From assembly GCA_027623195.1 (NCBI GenBank), contig JAQBUT010000003.1, positions 1 through 64,000 on the forward strand: a DNA stretch of 64,000 nucleotides. The letters are read 5' to 3'. Shown here in pieces: positions 18,891 through 29,397 of this stretch. The first letter of the stretch is position 1; each line of letters opens with the position of its first letter. The notes beneath the pieces are model-generated. The model did not search any database. It was not told the DNA's origin and saw only the letters and a program-made list of their open reading frames with translations. The position numbers were made by a program, and so were the translations under genes. Source of the stretch: Chloroflexota bacterium (GTDB lineage: Bacteria; Chloroflexota; Dehalococcoidia; Lucifugimonadales; JADFKI01).

Positions 18891-20834
18891 ATGTTCAGGC
18901 GTGCGATCTCCCCAAGACTTTTGTTACTGGCATCCGTGCTGTTACTAACGGCGTCTGGATGCCTGGTAAATAACGATCCATTCACCTCGGCAGCCTTTCC
19001 AAAGCCTCAGGCGCCGCTGTTTTCCAGTCCGGAATTTCAATCCGGGTCGTTGTCCTCAGGTGACCCTGACGGCGAGTTCACTCTTATAGCCTTTGAGCGA
19101 ATGGTCCTGGAAGGTGGCAACCGGGCCGATATCAACGTAGACCTGTCCAGGTCGCCCCAGCCTGTGGAGCGTTACCTTTTCGTGATAGACCGCGCCACGC
19201 ACAATGTGGCGGTGCTGAACTCCGGCATCCAGGACATCCCCGATGACCTTGGTGATATCCATGCCAGGCTTACTCTGGAGGTCACCGACCCTGTGGCGCT
19301 GGCAGGCTACGTCACCCCCGACGAGACCGTCTTTCGATTTGCAGTCCAGTACGTGCCGGGCTTCGTGCGCATTGTCGACGTGACAACTCAGACCGATGCC
19401 GTTCTGGAACTGACCAAACTTACGGAAGGCACTCAGTCTACGCTCATCCAGACGCGGCTGGCCGGTCTTCGGGCCACATTGGCGGTCGACGTGCTGGACC
19501 TGGAACGAGACGACAAGGATACACTGGAGGAAGAGGTTGGTCCCATCTCCAGAGAGGACAAGCCCCAACAACCTCTTAACTTGGGCGAAAGCTCTGCTGG
19601 CGGCTCCGTAAACGTCAACGTTAGTTTGGAGGAGCTAGCGCCGCCCCTGGCTGTGCTTCCCCCTCCGACGGACGATATTGAGCAGCCCAAGCAGGACGAT
19701 CAGCCGCCCAAGTCTGACGATCTGCCGCCGCCGGAGACGTCGCAGCCACCGCCAGACAGTGAGGGCACGAACGATGACAATTCGTCTGGCACTAACGACA
19801 ACTCGGATACGCCGTCCCCTAGCTCGTCGCCGCAGCCCACAGACCCTGATGGCGAAAACACGGCCCCGGACAGCAGCGGCGGAGACCCGACGCTGGCCAA
19901 CGTCGACGTTATCTTTATCATAGACAGCTCCAGCAGCATGTTGTTTGACGACCCAGGCGACGACAGGCTGGAAGCGGCCCGTGTGTTCCTGCACACAGCC
20001 ATTAATGACGACCAGGTTGGGATCGTCCACTTCTTTGACAATATTATTATCACGCCCCTGACCCGCATCGTTCATCGTGGCGGTTCTATTGACTCCGGCG
20101 AGATCCGACGGCTAAAGCAGGCCCTGGATGCGGAAATCGATCTTAAGTCCGGCCTGACGCCGGCCCACTTGGGAATTACTACGGCCTGCGAACTTCTGGA
20201 CGACAACGGCAGGGTGCCTCGTCGAGCGGCAATACTGTTTAGCAATGGTAAGGTCACCAGTGGAGCTTCCAGTTACCTCGTTGGATTCCCCGAGGAGTGT
20301 TTCGTCAAAAATGGGTGGACTATCCACACAGTTGGCGTAGGCAACTATAACGAGAAGCTGTTGCGGCAGTTGGCCGACGACACGGGCGGCACATTCCGTG
20401 GTATTAACAGGGGCGACGGCGCTTTTATGATTTGCGAAGTGCAGGCAATCCGTTCAGAGATGGCCGGAGGCGGGGCCAGCACTTGCCAGGAACGTAAGGT
20501 GTCCCAAGGACAAACGATTAACTTCCCGTTCAACGTTCCCGCAGCGCAGAGGAAAGCGACCTTCAGCTTGAACTGGCTGGGAAGTGAAACGGACGTGGAG
20601 TTAAGGTTGGTGCGACCTCCGACTGCGCCTTCGCCGCGCACTGTTGCCGGGCGTGTATTCCTGCCCCAGGCTATACAGGTCTCCTACGACAGGGGAGTTG
20701 GCAAGTCTTTTGAAGCGTACAGCATAGCCTTTCCCGAAGCTGGCACCTGGGAGGTCAGCATCATAGGCAAGAACGTGCCTCCAGAGGGCGTTGAGGTCGT
20801 ATTCGGATTCAACACGGTGCCTGCTGCGAGGTAA
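18891..20834 (+). CDS. Lipoprotein with an acidic Pro/Asp stalk, a vWA domain and a C-terminal beta-sandwich
   Basis: Lipobox ASGC; DVIFIIDSSSSM MIDAS motif; IHTVGVG; LRQLADDTGG. Confidence 0.8.
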   Translation: MFRRAISPRLLLLASVLLLTASGCLVNNDPFTSAAFPKPQAPLFSSPEFQSGSLSSGDPDGEFTLIAFERMVLEGGNRADINVDLSRSPQPVERYLFVIDRATHNVAVLNSGIQDIPDDLGDIHARLTLEVTDPVALAGYVTPDETVFRFAVQYVPGFVRIVDVTTQTDAVLELTKLTEGTQSTLIQTRLAGLRATLAVDVLDLERDDKDTLEEEVGPISREDKPQQPLNLGESSAGGSVNVNVSLEELAPPLAVLPPPTDDIEQPKQDDQPPKSDDLPPPETSQPPPDSEGTNDDNSSGTNDNSDTPSPSSSPQPTDPDGENTAPDSSGGDPTLANVDVIFIIDSSSSMLFDDPGDDRLEAARVFLHTAINDDQVGIVHFFDNIIITPLTRIVHRGGSIDSGEIRRLKQALDAEIDLKSGLTPAHLGITTACELLDDNGRVPRRAAILFSNGKVTSGASSYLVGFPEECFVKNGWTIHTVGVGNYNEKLLRQLADDTGGTFRGINRGDGAFMICEVQAIRSEMAGGGASTCQERKVSQGQTINFPFNVPAAQRKATFSLNWLGSETDVELRLVRPPTAPSPRTVAGRVFLPQAIQVSYDRGVGKSFEAYSIAFPEAGTWEVSIIGKNVPPEGVEVVFGFNTVPAAR

Positions 20835-20884
20835 TTAGGCTTGGAATTTTTTAACTTTCCGATTCTGCTACGGAGAGGAAAGGC

Positions 20885-21718
20885 CTATCGGGAGAGCAGC
20901 AACCTTGGCGATGGCAGGACAGTCTTGTCGCTGGCCCGCACGAGCTCAACGGAGCCGCTGGGAACCCAACCTTCTAGCTCACCACCTCTTAACGAGAGCT
21001 TTGTCCAACTACCCCGGGAATCCAACTGCCTCGCCTCCGCTCCACTCCGCAAAGTCAACTGCAGAGCGTACTGAGGGCTGGGGCCTGTTGTGACTTCAAC
21101 CTCATCCGCGACCACAACCACATCTGGATTCAGCGCATCGGCATAAAGCCTGCTTCCTAGAGCGAAAAAGGCTGCCACCATCGGGATGCATATGAGAATC
21201 GCTACGATCTTAGCGGCCCTTTTGACGCCCTTCCGGGTCATCATGACCACCACAACCAGCGCCATGGCGAACGCAAACCAGAGTGCCAGGGTCACCAATG
21301 CCAGTTCGTCCAGCGTCAATCTCTGTTCAGTGATGTCATTCCAGAGGGCCAGAGGAGTCTCGCCATCGGATGCCCCTGAGTCCCTTGCAAGGCTGCGTGC
21401 CAGATCCAGGTTGGACTGCAAAGCTTCGTCACGGGGTGTAATCCGCTGGGCGCGACGGTAGTTGAGAATAGCCTGTCCCATCTCACCCTGGTTGTAGTGA
21501 GCGTTGCCCAGGTTGAAATACAGCGCCGCGCTGTGAGTTCCCTCCCTGATTAGCTGATCGTAGAATTCGGTGGCCTGGTCGTACTGTCCGGATTCGTACA
21601 GCTGGTTGGCCACGGACATTAGGCGAACGTCACTTGGCGACTGTGCCAGCGCCAGGGATGTCGTGGCAATGATTACCAGACACGGAATAAGGAACGCCAC
21701 CGCGATAAAACGTCTCAT
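20885..21718 (-). CDS. batE: BatE-like TPR + SH3 membrane protein
   Basis: ANQLYESGQY, LYFNLGNAHY, AILNYRRA, two TM segments, C-terminal EGWVP SH3-like motif. Confidence 0.8.
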   Translation of the reverse strand: MRRFIAVAFLIPCLVIIATTSLALAQSPSDVRLMSVANQLYESGQYDQATEFYDQLIREGTHSAALYFNLGNAHYNQGEMGQAILNYRRAQRITPRDEALQSNLDLARSLARDSGASDGETPLALWNDITEQRLTLDELALVTLALWFAFAMALVVVVMMTRKGVKRAAKIVAILICIPMVAAFFALGSRLYADALNPDVVVVADEVEVTTGPSPQYALQLTLRSGAEARQLDSRGSWTKLSLRGGELEGWVPSGSVELVRASDKTVLPSPRLLLSR

Positions 21719-23400
21719 CTGCTCATCTCCCGCTCGAGGTCGGAGATGAGCAGTTCGGCCTGGTTTAGCAGGTCGCGGCTGTTAGGGCCAGCCCCAACGG
21801 CATTGGGTGAAAAGCGGCCCGCCTCGCTGGCCGTAATGCTCAGTCGCACGCGCTCCACAACTTCTGAAGCGACGCCTCGACTATTCAGGACCTCGATCAA
21901 TTCAGTGAGCGTTAGGCCTACAACCGGTCGGCCAATCCTGTCCGTGATGTAGGTCATCAGGGCGTGTTCCACGGCTCCGTACACGTCCGCTTCATTCCGT
22001 CGGGCCCTGGCTAGGTGTCGCCTGGCCTCTCTGCTGGCCCGCATCGCGCGGTTGACCTCGGCACGCTTGTTGCTTTGCCTTCGCCAGACCTGTGCCCCGA
22101 CAAGCAGCAGCAAAGGCACCCCCCATACCAGCCAGTAGGCAGGTCGAGAGGTAGTGTAATCTGGCGCTGGCTTTAGGGAGCCGGGCACCGACTTGATGCC
22201 GAATATGTTGGGCAAGCTGACCTTCTCCGGCTCCGCCTCGATAGATATGTGTATGGGTGCAGTGGAAACGGTGACATACTTCTCTTCAGTCGGGTCGAAG
22301 AAGGTGTAATCGACAGATGGAATTGTCTGGTTTCCCGAAGCAACGGGCACCATCATGCGCTTGTAAACGCGACTTCCCGTGAGAGTGTCGTCGTCAAATG
22401 CCGCGCTTACAGCGGGCTCATTTTCGAAGGAACGCCACTGCGGCAAATTGGGCCAAACGGGATTAGGCATGGCATCTATGTTGCCTTCGCCGGCCAGCGT
22501 AACCGTCATGGCGATAGGGTCGTCGATCTTGCCCTCGCTGGCATCGGCGGAGGCGCTGATTGTAAACCGGCCTACTGCGCCCTGATACCCTTCCGGCGCG
22601 GCTTCAGGTAGAGGCTTGACCTCCAAAGTCAGCGGAGCCGTCACGAAATCCTGTGGTGGGTCGGCGGTTACGGAAGGCAAGGTTAGCAAAGCCTGGCCGA
22701 TCTGCCGTGAGCCTGCCGCCGTTGGAAACAGTATGGTTCGGGTTTCCAAAACGTTGTAAATAATCTCACCTAGCTTGACCTCGTACTCGAACCGCATGAA
22801 CTCATCACTGGTCCAGAAGCTGGTCACATCGGGAGCCCTGTACGAAGGCGCACCAGGGGGCTCGACGGCCCTATAAAATCGGAATACGAACGTTACTTGT
22901 TCGCCGATGTAGGGGTTTACATTGTCGATGGCGGACTCTACGAAGTAGTCCAGACCCTCCAGCTTGCCAAGCGCCTCTTCTGTGACGCTCACCCCGGTTG
23001 GTATGGTTCCGTCTGTTACCTCCACGTCGATGGGAGGCGTTGCGTATGGTAGGCCCTCGATGTTGACCCGTATAGAGTCGATCCGCAACTCACCCGTTCG
23101 TGTGGGTTGCAGAATGTACGTGTGGGTCACCTCTGCGGTGGACTTGCCATCGATGATGCTGATGTTCGAAGCCATGGACCTGTCTATCAGTATCAGACCG
23201 TTCAGGTTGGGCAGAGAGGGGTCTGGAAGTCCCGGTGGGCCTGACACCTCAACCTTTAGGGTTACCAGTTCTCCGATGGGCAGCAGGTCCTTGTCCACCG
23301 ACGCCTTTATGGGGAATGTCTGGGCGTGCGTCGTCGTGGTCCACATGAGACCCATCAAAAGACCTACGACGGCCAGACCAAACTTTAGCTTATTTGGCAT
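21715..23400 (-). CDS. batD: BatD family protein
   Basis: Signal peptide; repeated Ig-like modules (VKPLP..GAVGRF, GEGNI, YTFFDP); C-terminal TM segment. Confidence 0.85.
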   Translation of the reverse strand: MPNKLKFGLAVVGLLMGLMWTTTTHAQTFPIKASVDKDLLPIGELVTLKVEVSGPPGLPDPSLPNLNGLILIDRSMASNISIIDGKSTAEVTHTYILQPTRTGELRIDSIRVNIEGLPYATPPIDVEVTDGTIPTGVSVTEEALGKLEGLDYFVESAIDNVNPYIGEQVTFVFRFYRAVEPPGAPSYRAPDVTSFWTSDEFMRFEYEVKLGEIIYNVLETRTILFPTAAGSRQIGQALLTLPSVTADPPQDFVTAPLTLEVKPLPEAAPEGYQGAVGRFTISASADASEGKIDDPIAMTVTLAGEGNIDAMPNPVWPNLPQWRSFENEPAVSAAFDDDTLTGSRVYKRMMVPVASGNQTIPSVDYTFFDPTEEKYVTVSTAPIHISIEAEPEKVSLPNIFGIKSVPGSLKPAPDYTTSRPAYWLVWGVPLLLLVGAQVWRRQSNKRAEVNRAMRASREARRHLARARRNEADVYGAVEHALMTYITDRIGRPVVGLTLTELIEVLNSRGVASEVVERVRLSITASEAGRFSPNAVGAGPNSRDLLNQAELLISDLEREMSR

Positions 23401-23415
23401 CAACTCTTAGACCTG

Positions 23416-24108
23416 TTACCAGTCCTTAGGTGGCGGGCCCTGCTGGTCTATGAAGACCCTCTGCAAATGGCCGCGTAGTGATTCAGTGTTTTGGTTGACG
23501 GAGTCCAGCAGTTGCCTGGCCTGCTCCTCATTCAATATGGGCGTGTCCTCGCGTTCCACCTGGGCATCAGGTTCATCTGGTTGGTCAGGACCGGTTTCAG
23601 GCTGTTGGCTCTGCTGTGGGTCCGGCTCCTGCTGTTCGGGCGGTTGCTCCGGAGGGTTGTCTTCGTTGTTGCCCAGCGCCGTTTGGCCCTGTAGCTGGTT
23701 CAGGGCCAGCTCAAGATTGTGTTTGGCGCTCTGGTCGCTGGGGTCGATACGTAAAACCTCTTTGTACGCCTCGACCGCATCTTCGAATTGGAATGCGTTG
23801 AAGTAGGCATTGCCAAGATTGAAGAGGCTAGGTTTGGCCATATCCTCGTCCGCGCTTACCAGCACGTCTTGGAAACGTTCCCGTGCTTCCCCGAAATCTC
23901 TCTGGCGATACAGCGCGTTGCCCGTGTTGTACAGCAGTTCCATCTGGTCGGGAGCCAGGGCCTGCGCCCGTTCATAATTTCGCAGTGCGCTGCCGTAGTT
24001 GCCGGACTTGAATGCGGTGTTGCCTCCACTGTTGGCGTATACCGCGATCGGTCCGCAGGCCACCGCCAGCAACATCAGGGCTTGGACTATTAAGACCAGA
24101 TTCTTCAT
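23416..24108 (-). CDS. batC: BatC-like TPR protein
   Basis: YNTGNALYR, FNLGNAYF, AKHNLELA; Q/E/P-rich linker; EQARQLL..KDW ending. Confidence 0.85.
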   Translation of the reverse strand: MKNLVLIVQALMLLAVACGPIAVYANSGGNTAFKSGNYGSALRNYERAQALAPDQMELLYNTGNALYRQRDFGEARERFQDVLVSADEDMAKPSLFNLGNAYFNAFQFEDAVEAYKEVLRIDPSDQSAKHNLELALNQLQGQTALGNNEDNPPEQPPEQQEPDPQQSQQPETGPDQPDEPDAQVEREDTPILNEEQARQLLDSVNQNTESLRGHLQRVFIDQQGPPPKDW

Positions 24109-24112
24109 GGTA

Positions 24113-25174
24113 TTAGGCGGCCTCAAGTACTGGGTCTGGCTGTCTACGAGGCAAGCGCTCCGGTATCAGCTCACCGGCTATGAGCATAACCAGTGCTGCA
24201 AGCAGGAACCATTGGAACCGCTCGACCCTTACGATCTCGACTTCGCTCTGGACGCTGGCCTTCTCTAGTTTTCCTAGCTCGGTTATCAACGCCTCGGTGA
24301 TTCGACCCTGGCTGGCCCGGAAGTACTGTCCCCCCGTCTGTTCGGCTACGCTTCGCAACGTACTCTCTTCCAGCCTTGTCAGGATGGTCGCGCTGTCAGC
24401 GTCCTCCCTGAAGCCTGTGATCTGTCCGATTCGGTTGTAGACGGGTATAGGCTCTCCCCGGTCTGAACCAAAGCCCACGGTGTAGACGACCACTCCAGAG
24501 CGGGCGGCACGTCGAGCCGCAGCTATAGAGTCTCCTTCATGGCTTTCCCCATCGGTAAGGATCAAGAGGACTTTCTGGCCCTCGCGTTCGCCGTCGAAGG
24601 CCGTCATGGCCGTGTCGATGGCTCCGGCCATAGCCGTGCCTTGCCTGGATATCAACCTGGGATTTGCGCCCTCAAGATAGATCCGGGCCGTGGAGTAATC
24701 GAAGGTCAAAGGAAACTGTATGAAGCTGGCTCCGGAGAACAGAACAAGGCCAACCTCGTCCCCTCGCAGGCGGCTTACTAGCTCGAGCGTTTCCATCTTG
24801 GCCCTGGTCAGTCGGTCGGGCTTCATATCCTGGGCCAGCATGCTTTCAGATATGTCCAGGGCCATCATTAACTGAAGGCCCTTCTGCTCCGTAATCTTCA
24901 ATTCGGTGCCCCACTGGGGGCGGGCGATTGCGATTACGAGCATGGTTAGTGCGCAAATCCAGAGTATGGTGCGCCAGCGTCTTCCGCGAATGTTCACAGA
25001 ATCCGTGAGTCGTCCCAGCAGAGCCTGGTCGGCCAGGCGAGACAGCGCCGAACGCCGACGCACTCTGGCATACCAGAGGAAGAGAATGGCCAAGGGCACC
25101 AGCGCAAGACCATACAGGTACTGGGGCTCCCCGAAGTACCGGTAAATCATTTCAATTGTGAATAGCTGGTTCAT
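24113..25174 (-). CDS. batB: BatB vWA domain protein
   Basis: ARPQWG, ALDISESMLAQD..PDRL, LILTDGE, VERFQWFL. Confidence 0.9.
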   Translation of the reverse strand: MNQLFTIEMIYRYFGEPQYLYGLALVPLAILFLWYARVRRRSALSRLADQALLGRLTDSVNIRGRRWRTILWICALTMLVIAIARPQWGTELKITEQKGLQLMMALDISESMLAQDMKPDRLTRAKMETLELVSRLRGDEVGLVLFSGASFIQFPLTFDYSTARIYLEGANPRLISRQGTAMAGAIDTAMTAFDGEREGQKVLLILTDGESHEGDSIAAARRAARSGVVVYTVGFGSDRGEPIPVYNRIGQITGFREDADSATILTRLEESTLRSVAEQTGGQYFRASQGRITEALITELGKLEKASVQSEVEIVRVERFQWFLLAALVMLIAGELIPERLPRRQPDPVLEAA

Positions 25175-25184
25175 AGCCTATCGC

Positions 25185-26189
25185 CTAAGGTAGTCGTCTG
25201 AAGATGGAATTTCGAAGCCAGAGTTCTAACACCAACAGAAGCAGCGCCGGGGCCAGGAGCCACTTGGCCATCTCCTGGTACTTGATTATGGTTTTTACCT
25301 CTATCTGTGATGTCTCCAGGGCGTCGATTTCGACGTATATGCGCTGCAAATCCGTCGCGTCGACGGCGCGGAAGAACTGACCCCCTGTAGAAACGGCGAT
25401 TCGCTGCAGCATCTTCTCGTCCAATTCGCTGTTTTCCAGCGATACTGTGCTGCCTGTATCTGTTCGCCGTGGGACAGGCACGGTGCCGGGTCTGCCCACA
25501 GCTATGGTGTGCACCTTGATGTCCAGGGTCCCCGCAGCAACGGCGGCCGTCAGTGGGTCGACCTCGCCGGCAGTGTTTACGCCGTCCGTAAGCAGCACGA
25601 TAACTTTGCTCTCAACCGGAGAGTCCTTGAGAAGATTAGCCGCAGTGGCTATTCCCATACCAAGCGCGGTGCCGTCGGCCAGGCCCAGGTTCGGAGCCAG
25701 GTCGATCTCATCAACCAGGAAGCTAAGGACATCGTGGTCGATGGTGGGCGGGCTCTGGATAAAGGCGTCCTGTGCGAACACCACCAGGCCTATCCTGTCG
25801 TTCTCACGCCTATCAATGAATTCGCCAATCACTTCTTTGGCGGCTGAGAGTCTGTCCCGCGGATCGAAATCCAACGACGCCATGCTGCCGGATATATCCA
25901 GCGCCAGCGCTATGTCTATTCCTTCGCTCTCCACAACCTGTCTGGCCTCACCAATCTGTGGGCGAGCGACGGCCAGAACGATTAATATCAGCGCTAGGAA
26001 TCGGAATATGGGTAGGCTGCCCCGCAGAATTAGTCGCCAGTTTCGTCTCTGGTCACCGACCAGTAGGTTGTATGCGTAGCGCATGGTAGCCGGTTGCTTC
26101 GTCCACGACGCCCAAAGGGGTATCGCTGCCAGAAACGGTATTAGCATTAAGAGGGCTAGGAAGCGAGGCTCTTCGAATCCAAAATTCAT
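25185..26189 (-). CDS. batA: BatA vWA domain protein
   Basis: ARPQ, EGIDIALALDISGSM, DRIGLVVF, LLTDGVN, TGGQFFRA. Confidence 0.92.
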   Translation of the reverse strand: MNFGFEEPRFLALLMLIPFLAAIPLWASWTKQPATMRYAYNLLVGDQRRNWRLILRGSLPIFRFLALILIVLAVARPQIGEARQVVESEGIDIALALDISGSMASLDFDPRDRLSAAKEVIGEFIDRRENDRIGLVVFAQDAFIQSPPTIDHDVLSFLVDEIDLAPNLGLADGTALGMGIATAANLLKDSPVESKVIVLLTDGVNTAGEVDPLTAAVAAGTLDIKVHTIAVGRPGTVPVPRRTDTGSTVSLENSELDEKMLQRIAVSTGGQFFRAVDATDLQRIYVEIDALETSQIEVKTIIKYQEMAKWLLAPALLLLVLELWLRNSIFRRLP

Positions 26190-27154
26190 TTAGAGCCACC
26201 TTTGCCGGACCAGCTGCCCCATGGTGTCATCATCTCCACCAGTTCTCGGGCGCGCTCGGTCATTTCTCGCGCAGTGTCTGGGCCGGGCTCCAGAGCGGTA
26301 AATTTAACAAGGTCGCAGTCGCCGAGCAGGTTTATGACGTCGCGGGAGTCCTCCGTGGTTATGGCCGAACTTCGAAGCGCACGCCGGACCTCGTCTGTCG
26401 TGAGGTCTGTGGCAGCAACTTCGTAGGCGTTCTCCAGGTACCTTCGCACACTATCCGAGACCATGGTGTAGTGCTCTTTGATGAGACCTTGCCCCGGCAT
26501 ATCCAGTCTTTGAATATGCACAAGTTCGTCCTGGGCTATCTCGTAAGGTGAGCGAGTGTCCACTTTGATAGAGGCCTTGTATCTTATCGTGCGTACCCAT
26601 TTGGCGGTCATGTAGACCACCAGGCCTAGAAATGCCAGTAGTAGTGCGCCCGCGGGTATTACGGGCCATGCGACGATCCACGGCAAATTCGTCTGAGGCT
26701 TAATGTCCTTTAATTGCAGGCTTCCGGGGGGAAGAACGGGCACCACGGTCAGTGTTACAGGGGGAGCCAGCATGCTTTCGATCTGTCCGATATCGTTCAG
26801 TATGGTAATGGTGTAGTCCGGAGTCTCGAAGCTGCCGGTGCCGAACAGCGCGACCTGGATTGATTGCGTCGCCGTCTCCGAGCCATCAGGATTGGAACGT
26901 GCTGCGGTCCTGGCCTGGTTGCGCACCTCGAAGCTGCCCCATCTCTCGGGCAGATCGGGGAACAGCACCTGATAGCCAGCCGGGTAGGTGGCGGTTGCCT
27001 TTATGTTAACTGGGTCGCCTATGGTGAGCTGCTCGATTTCAGCAGTAAAGCTCAACTGAATTGGATTTGCTTGGGCGTTCACCGACGCCGGTAAGGCCAC
27101 GACCGCTACCGTTACAATAAGCACGATTATCGGCAACAGATACTTTAATTTCAT
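26186..27154 (-). CDS. Bat-operon membrane-anchored protein (BatD-like module plus TM segment)
   Basis: Signal peptide from MKLKYLL; LKDIKP; VRRYLE; DLVKF; position between DUF58 and batA. Confidence 0.8.
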   Translation of the reverse strand: MKLKYLLPIIVLIVTVAVVALPASVNAQANPIQLSFTAEIEQLTIGDPVNIKATATYPAGYQVLFPDLPERWGSFEVRNQARTAARSNPDGSETATQSIQVALFGTGSFETPDYTITILNDIGQIESMLAPPVTLTVVPVLPPGSLQLKDIKPQTNLPWIVAWPVIPAGALLLAFLGLVVYMTAKWVRTIRYKASIKVDTRSPYEIAQDELVHIQRLDMPGQGLIKEHYTMVSDSVRRYLENAYEVAATDLTTDEVRRALRSSAITTEDSRDVINLLGDCDLVKFTALEPGPDTAREMTERARELVEMMTPWGSWSGKGGSK

Positions 27155-27229
27155 GACTGTTATGCCTGGGCAAAACGCTACTCGGCCCACGAGGTGCTCG
27201 GGCCCGGTTTCCGGACGAACTGAGACCAA

Positions 27230-28117
27230 CTAGCGCGGGACCCTTCGTGAGCGTTCTTTGAAGAAGGCGGTCAATCCGGAAACGTAATCCTCCGCAGTGG
27301 TGATCTTCACCCTGTCCACATCTAAGGAAGAGAACACCTGATTCTTGGCGCTCTCAAGTCGCTGCACCCGCCTTTGAAAAGACTCTCGCCATTTGCGGCT
27401 GTTGGTGTCTACCCACGTCAGTTCACCGGTCTCCGCATCCTCCAAGGCCAGCATGCCTACCCTGGCGATGTCTTCCTCCATGGGGTCATACAGGTCTACG
27501 GCCACCACGTCATGGCGCCGGTTGGTGGAGGACATGGCTTTGCGGTAGACCTCCGGGTCGGTCAGGAAATCAGAAATCAGAAACAGCACGCTACGGCGTT
27601 TGAGAATCAGGTTTATTGTGTCCAGAGCCAGCTTAACGTCGGTGCCTCGCCCCTGGGGTTCGAACACCAGCATCTCTCGCACCAGGCGCAGCACATGGCT
27701 CCGTCCCTTGCGCGGAGGAATAAGCAGTTCAATCTGGTCTGTGAAAATAAGCAGCCCTACCTTGTCGTTATTGGTGGTGGCTGCGAAGGACAGCACCGCC
27801 ACAAGCTCGGCCGCAAGGTCTCGCTTTAACTGCCCACGGGAGCCGAAATCGAAGGAGCCGCTGGCGTCTACAACCACCATAGCGCTTAGCTCGCGCTCCT
27901 CGCGGTATCGCCTCACGAAAGGCGTGCCCATGCGGGCGGTTACGTTCCAGTCGATAGAACGTACCTCGTCGCCGGGTTGGTACGGGCGTACCTCGTCGAA
28001 CTCCATGCCCTGGCCCTTGAACACCGAGTGATAGTCGCCTGCAAAGGTGTCGGAAACCAGGTGCTTCGTGGTTATTTCGATGCGTCGAATCTTGCGCATC
28101 AGCTCCGGCGTCAGCAT
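27230..28117 (-). CDS. DUF58 domain protein
   Basis: GDYHSVFKGQGMEFDEVRPYQPGDEVRSIDWNVTAR, EEREL, ISDF. Confidence 0.93.
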   Translation of the reverse strand: MLTPELMRKIRRIEITTKHLVSDTFAGDYHSVFKGQGMEFDEVRPYQPGDEVRSIDWNVTARMGTPFVRRYREERELSAMVVVDASGSFDFGSRGQLKRDLAAELVAVLSFAATTNNDKVGLLIFTDQIELLIPPRKGRSHVLRLVREMLVFEPQGRGTDVKLALDTINLILKRRSVLFLISDFLTDPEVYRKAMSSTNRRHDVVAVDLYDPMEEDIARVGMLALEDAETGELTWVDTNSRKWRESFQRRVQRLESAKNQVFSSLDVDRVKITTAEDYVSGLTAFFKERSRRVPR

Positions 28118-28118
28118 G

Positions 28119-29114
28119 TTAAGGCACGTCAACGTGATTGAGGATGCGCTGGACGATATCGTCCGTGGTGACCTCCTCAGCCTCGGCCTCATACGTCGTG
28201 ATGATTCTGTGCCTAAGCACATCCGGGGCCAGTTGCTTTACGTCTTCCGGGGTTACGTAGGACCTCCCATTCAGGTAGGCATGAGCCCGGGAAGCGTTGA
28301 GCAGGAAAATGCTAGCTCGGGGAGACGCTCCGTAGGATATGAGCTGCTGTAGCCCGTCGATGCCCTTCTCCTCCGGGTGACGGGTAGCGATAATCAAATC
28401 CAACACGTAGTCCTTGACCTTGTCGTCGATGTAGATGCTCCTCACGGTCTCTCGTGCCTGCAAGATGCTTTCGGGATCAATTACCGCTTTGATCGGGTCT
28501 GAGGGAGGGCCTGTCATGCGATCCATGATCTGTCGCTCCTCGTCACGGCTGGGGTAATCTACCAGCACCTTGAGCATGAACCTGTCCACCTGCGCCTCAG
28601 GCAGAGGGTATGTGCCCTCCTGATCCACCGGATTCTGGGTTGCCAGAACCAGGAACAGCTTATCCAGCGGAAAGGTCGTGTCTCCGATGGTCACCTGGCG
28701 CTCCTGCATAGCCTCAAGCAGAGCGCTTTGGACTTTTGCGGGGGCCCGGTTTATCTCGTCTGCCAGGATGAGGTTGGAAAAGATTGGTCCCTTGTGGACG
28801 CTAAACCCGCTAGTCTGGGGGTTGTAGATTTGCGTTCCCAGAAGGTCTGCGGGCAGTAGGTCCGGCGTAAACTGAATTCTGGAAAATCCAGCCTGAATTG
28901 TCTCGGCCAGAGTCTTCACAAGCAAAGTCTTGGCCAGGCCAGGCACGCCCTCCAGCAGGATGTGGCCATCCGCCAAGACGCCGATCATGAGCCTCTGTAT
29001 CAGTTCGTCCTGACCAACGATGACCTTGCGAATCTCGCCCAGCAGCCGTTGCATTAAACCGGCCTCTTGGGCGACCTGCTGATTGATGTCCTGTACGCCG
29101 GAAAAATTGGTCAC
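28119..29114 (-). CDS. moxR: MoxR family AAA+ ATPase
   Basis: GHILLEGVPGLAKT, RIQFTPDLLP, LADEINRAPAKVQSALLEAMQE, ATQNP..EGTYPLPEAQVDRF; GTG start with a GAGGA SD. Confidence 0.95.
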   Translation of the reverse strand: MTNFSGVQDINQQVAQEAGLMQRLLGEIRKVIVGQDELIQRLMIGVLADGHILLEGVPGLAKTLLVKTLAETIQAGFSRIQFTPDLLPADLLGTQIYNPQTSGFSVHKGPIFSNLILADEINRAPAKVQSALLEAMQERQVTIGDTTFPLDKLFLVLATQNPVDQEGTYPLPEAQVDRFMLKVLVDYPSRDEERQIMDRMTGPPSDPIKAVIDPESILQARETVRSIYIDDKVKDYVLDLIIATRHPEEKGIDGLQQLISYGASPRASIFLLNASRAHAYLNGRSYVTPEDVKQLAPDVLRHRIITTYEAEAEEVTTDDIVQRILNHVDVP

Positions 29115-29397
29115 GGCCTCTCCTCGTGCGTTTTTAGTGTCAGCTAGTATCAGCCCCGAATTTAGCAAAACTAGGCAGATGTCTTTTGAGCGTACTTCAC
29201 GCCGCCCTTTGCTCTCTAGGGCCTGCTGGTATTCATATAAACATTTTGGCAGAGAAAATGGCCTAATAGGAAGGGCAATTTGTGGTCGTGGCGTTGGCGG
29301 AGGGTTGAGAAAATGGGCTGGCAGGGTTTCAGACAATGTTAGGACGACGTGGTATGGTTGCGACGGATTATCCCCAAGGAGGTTGAGGTCCAGGGTA

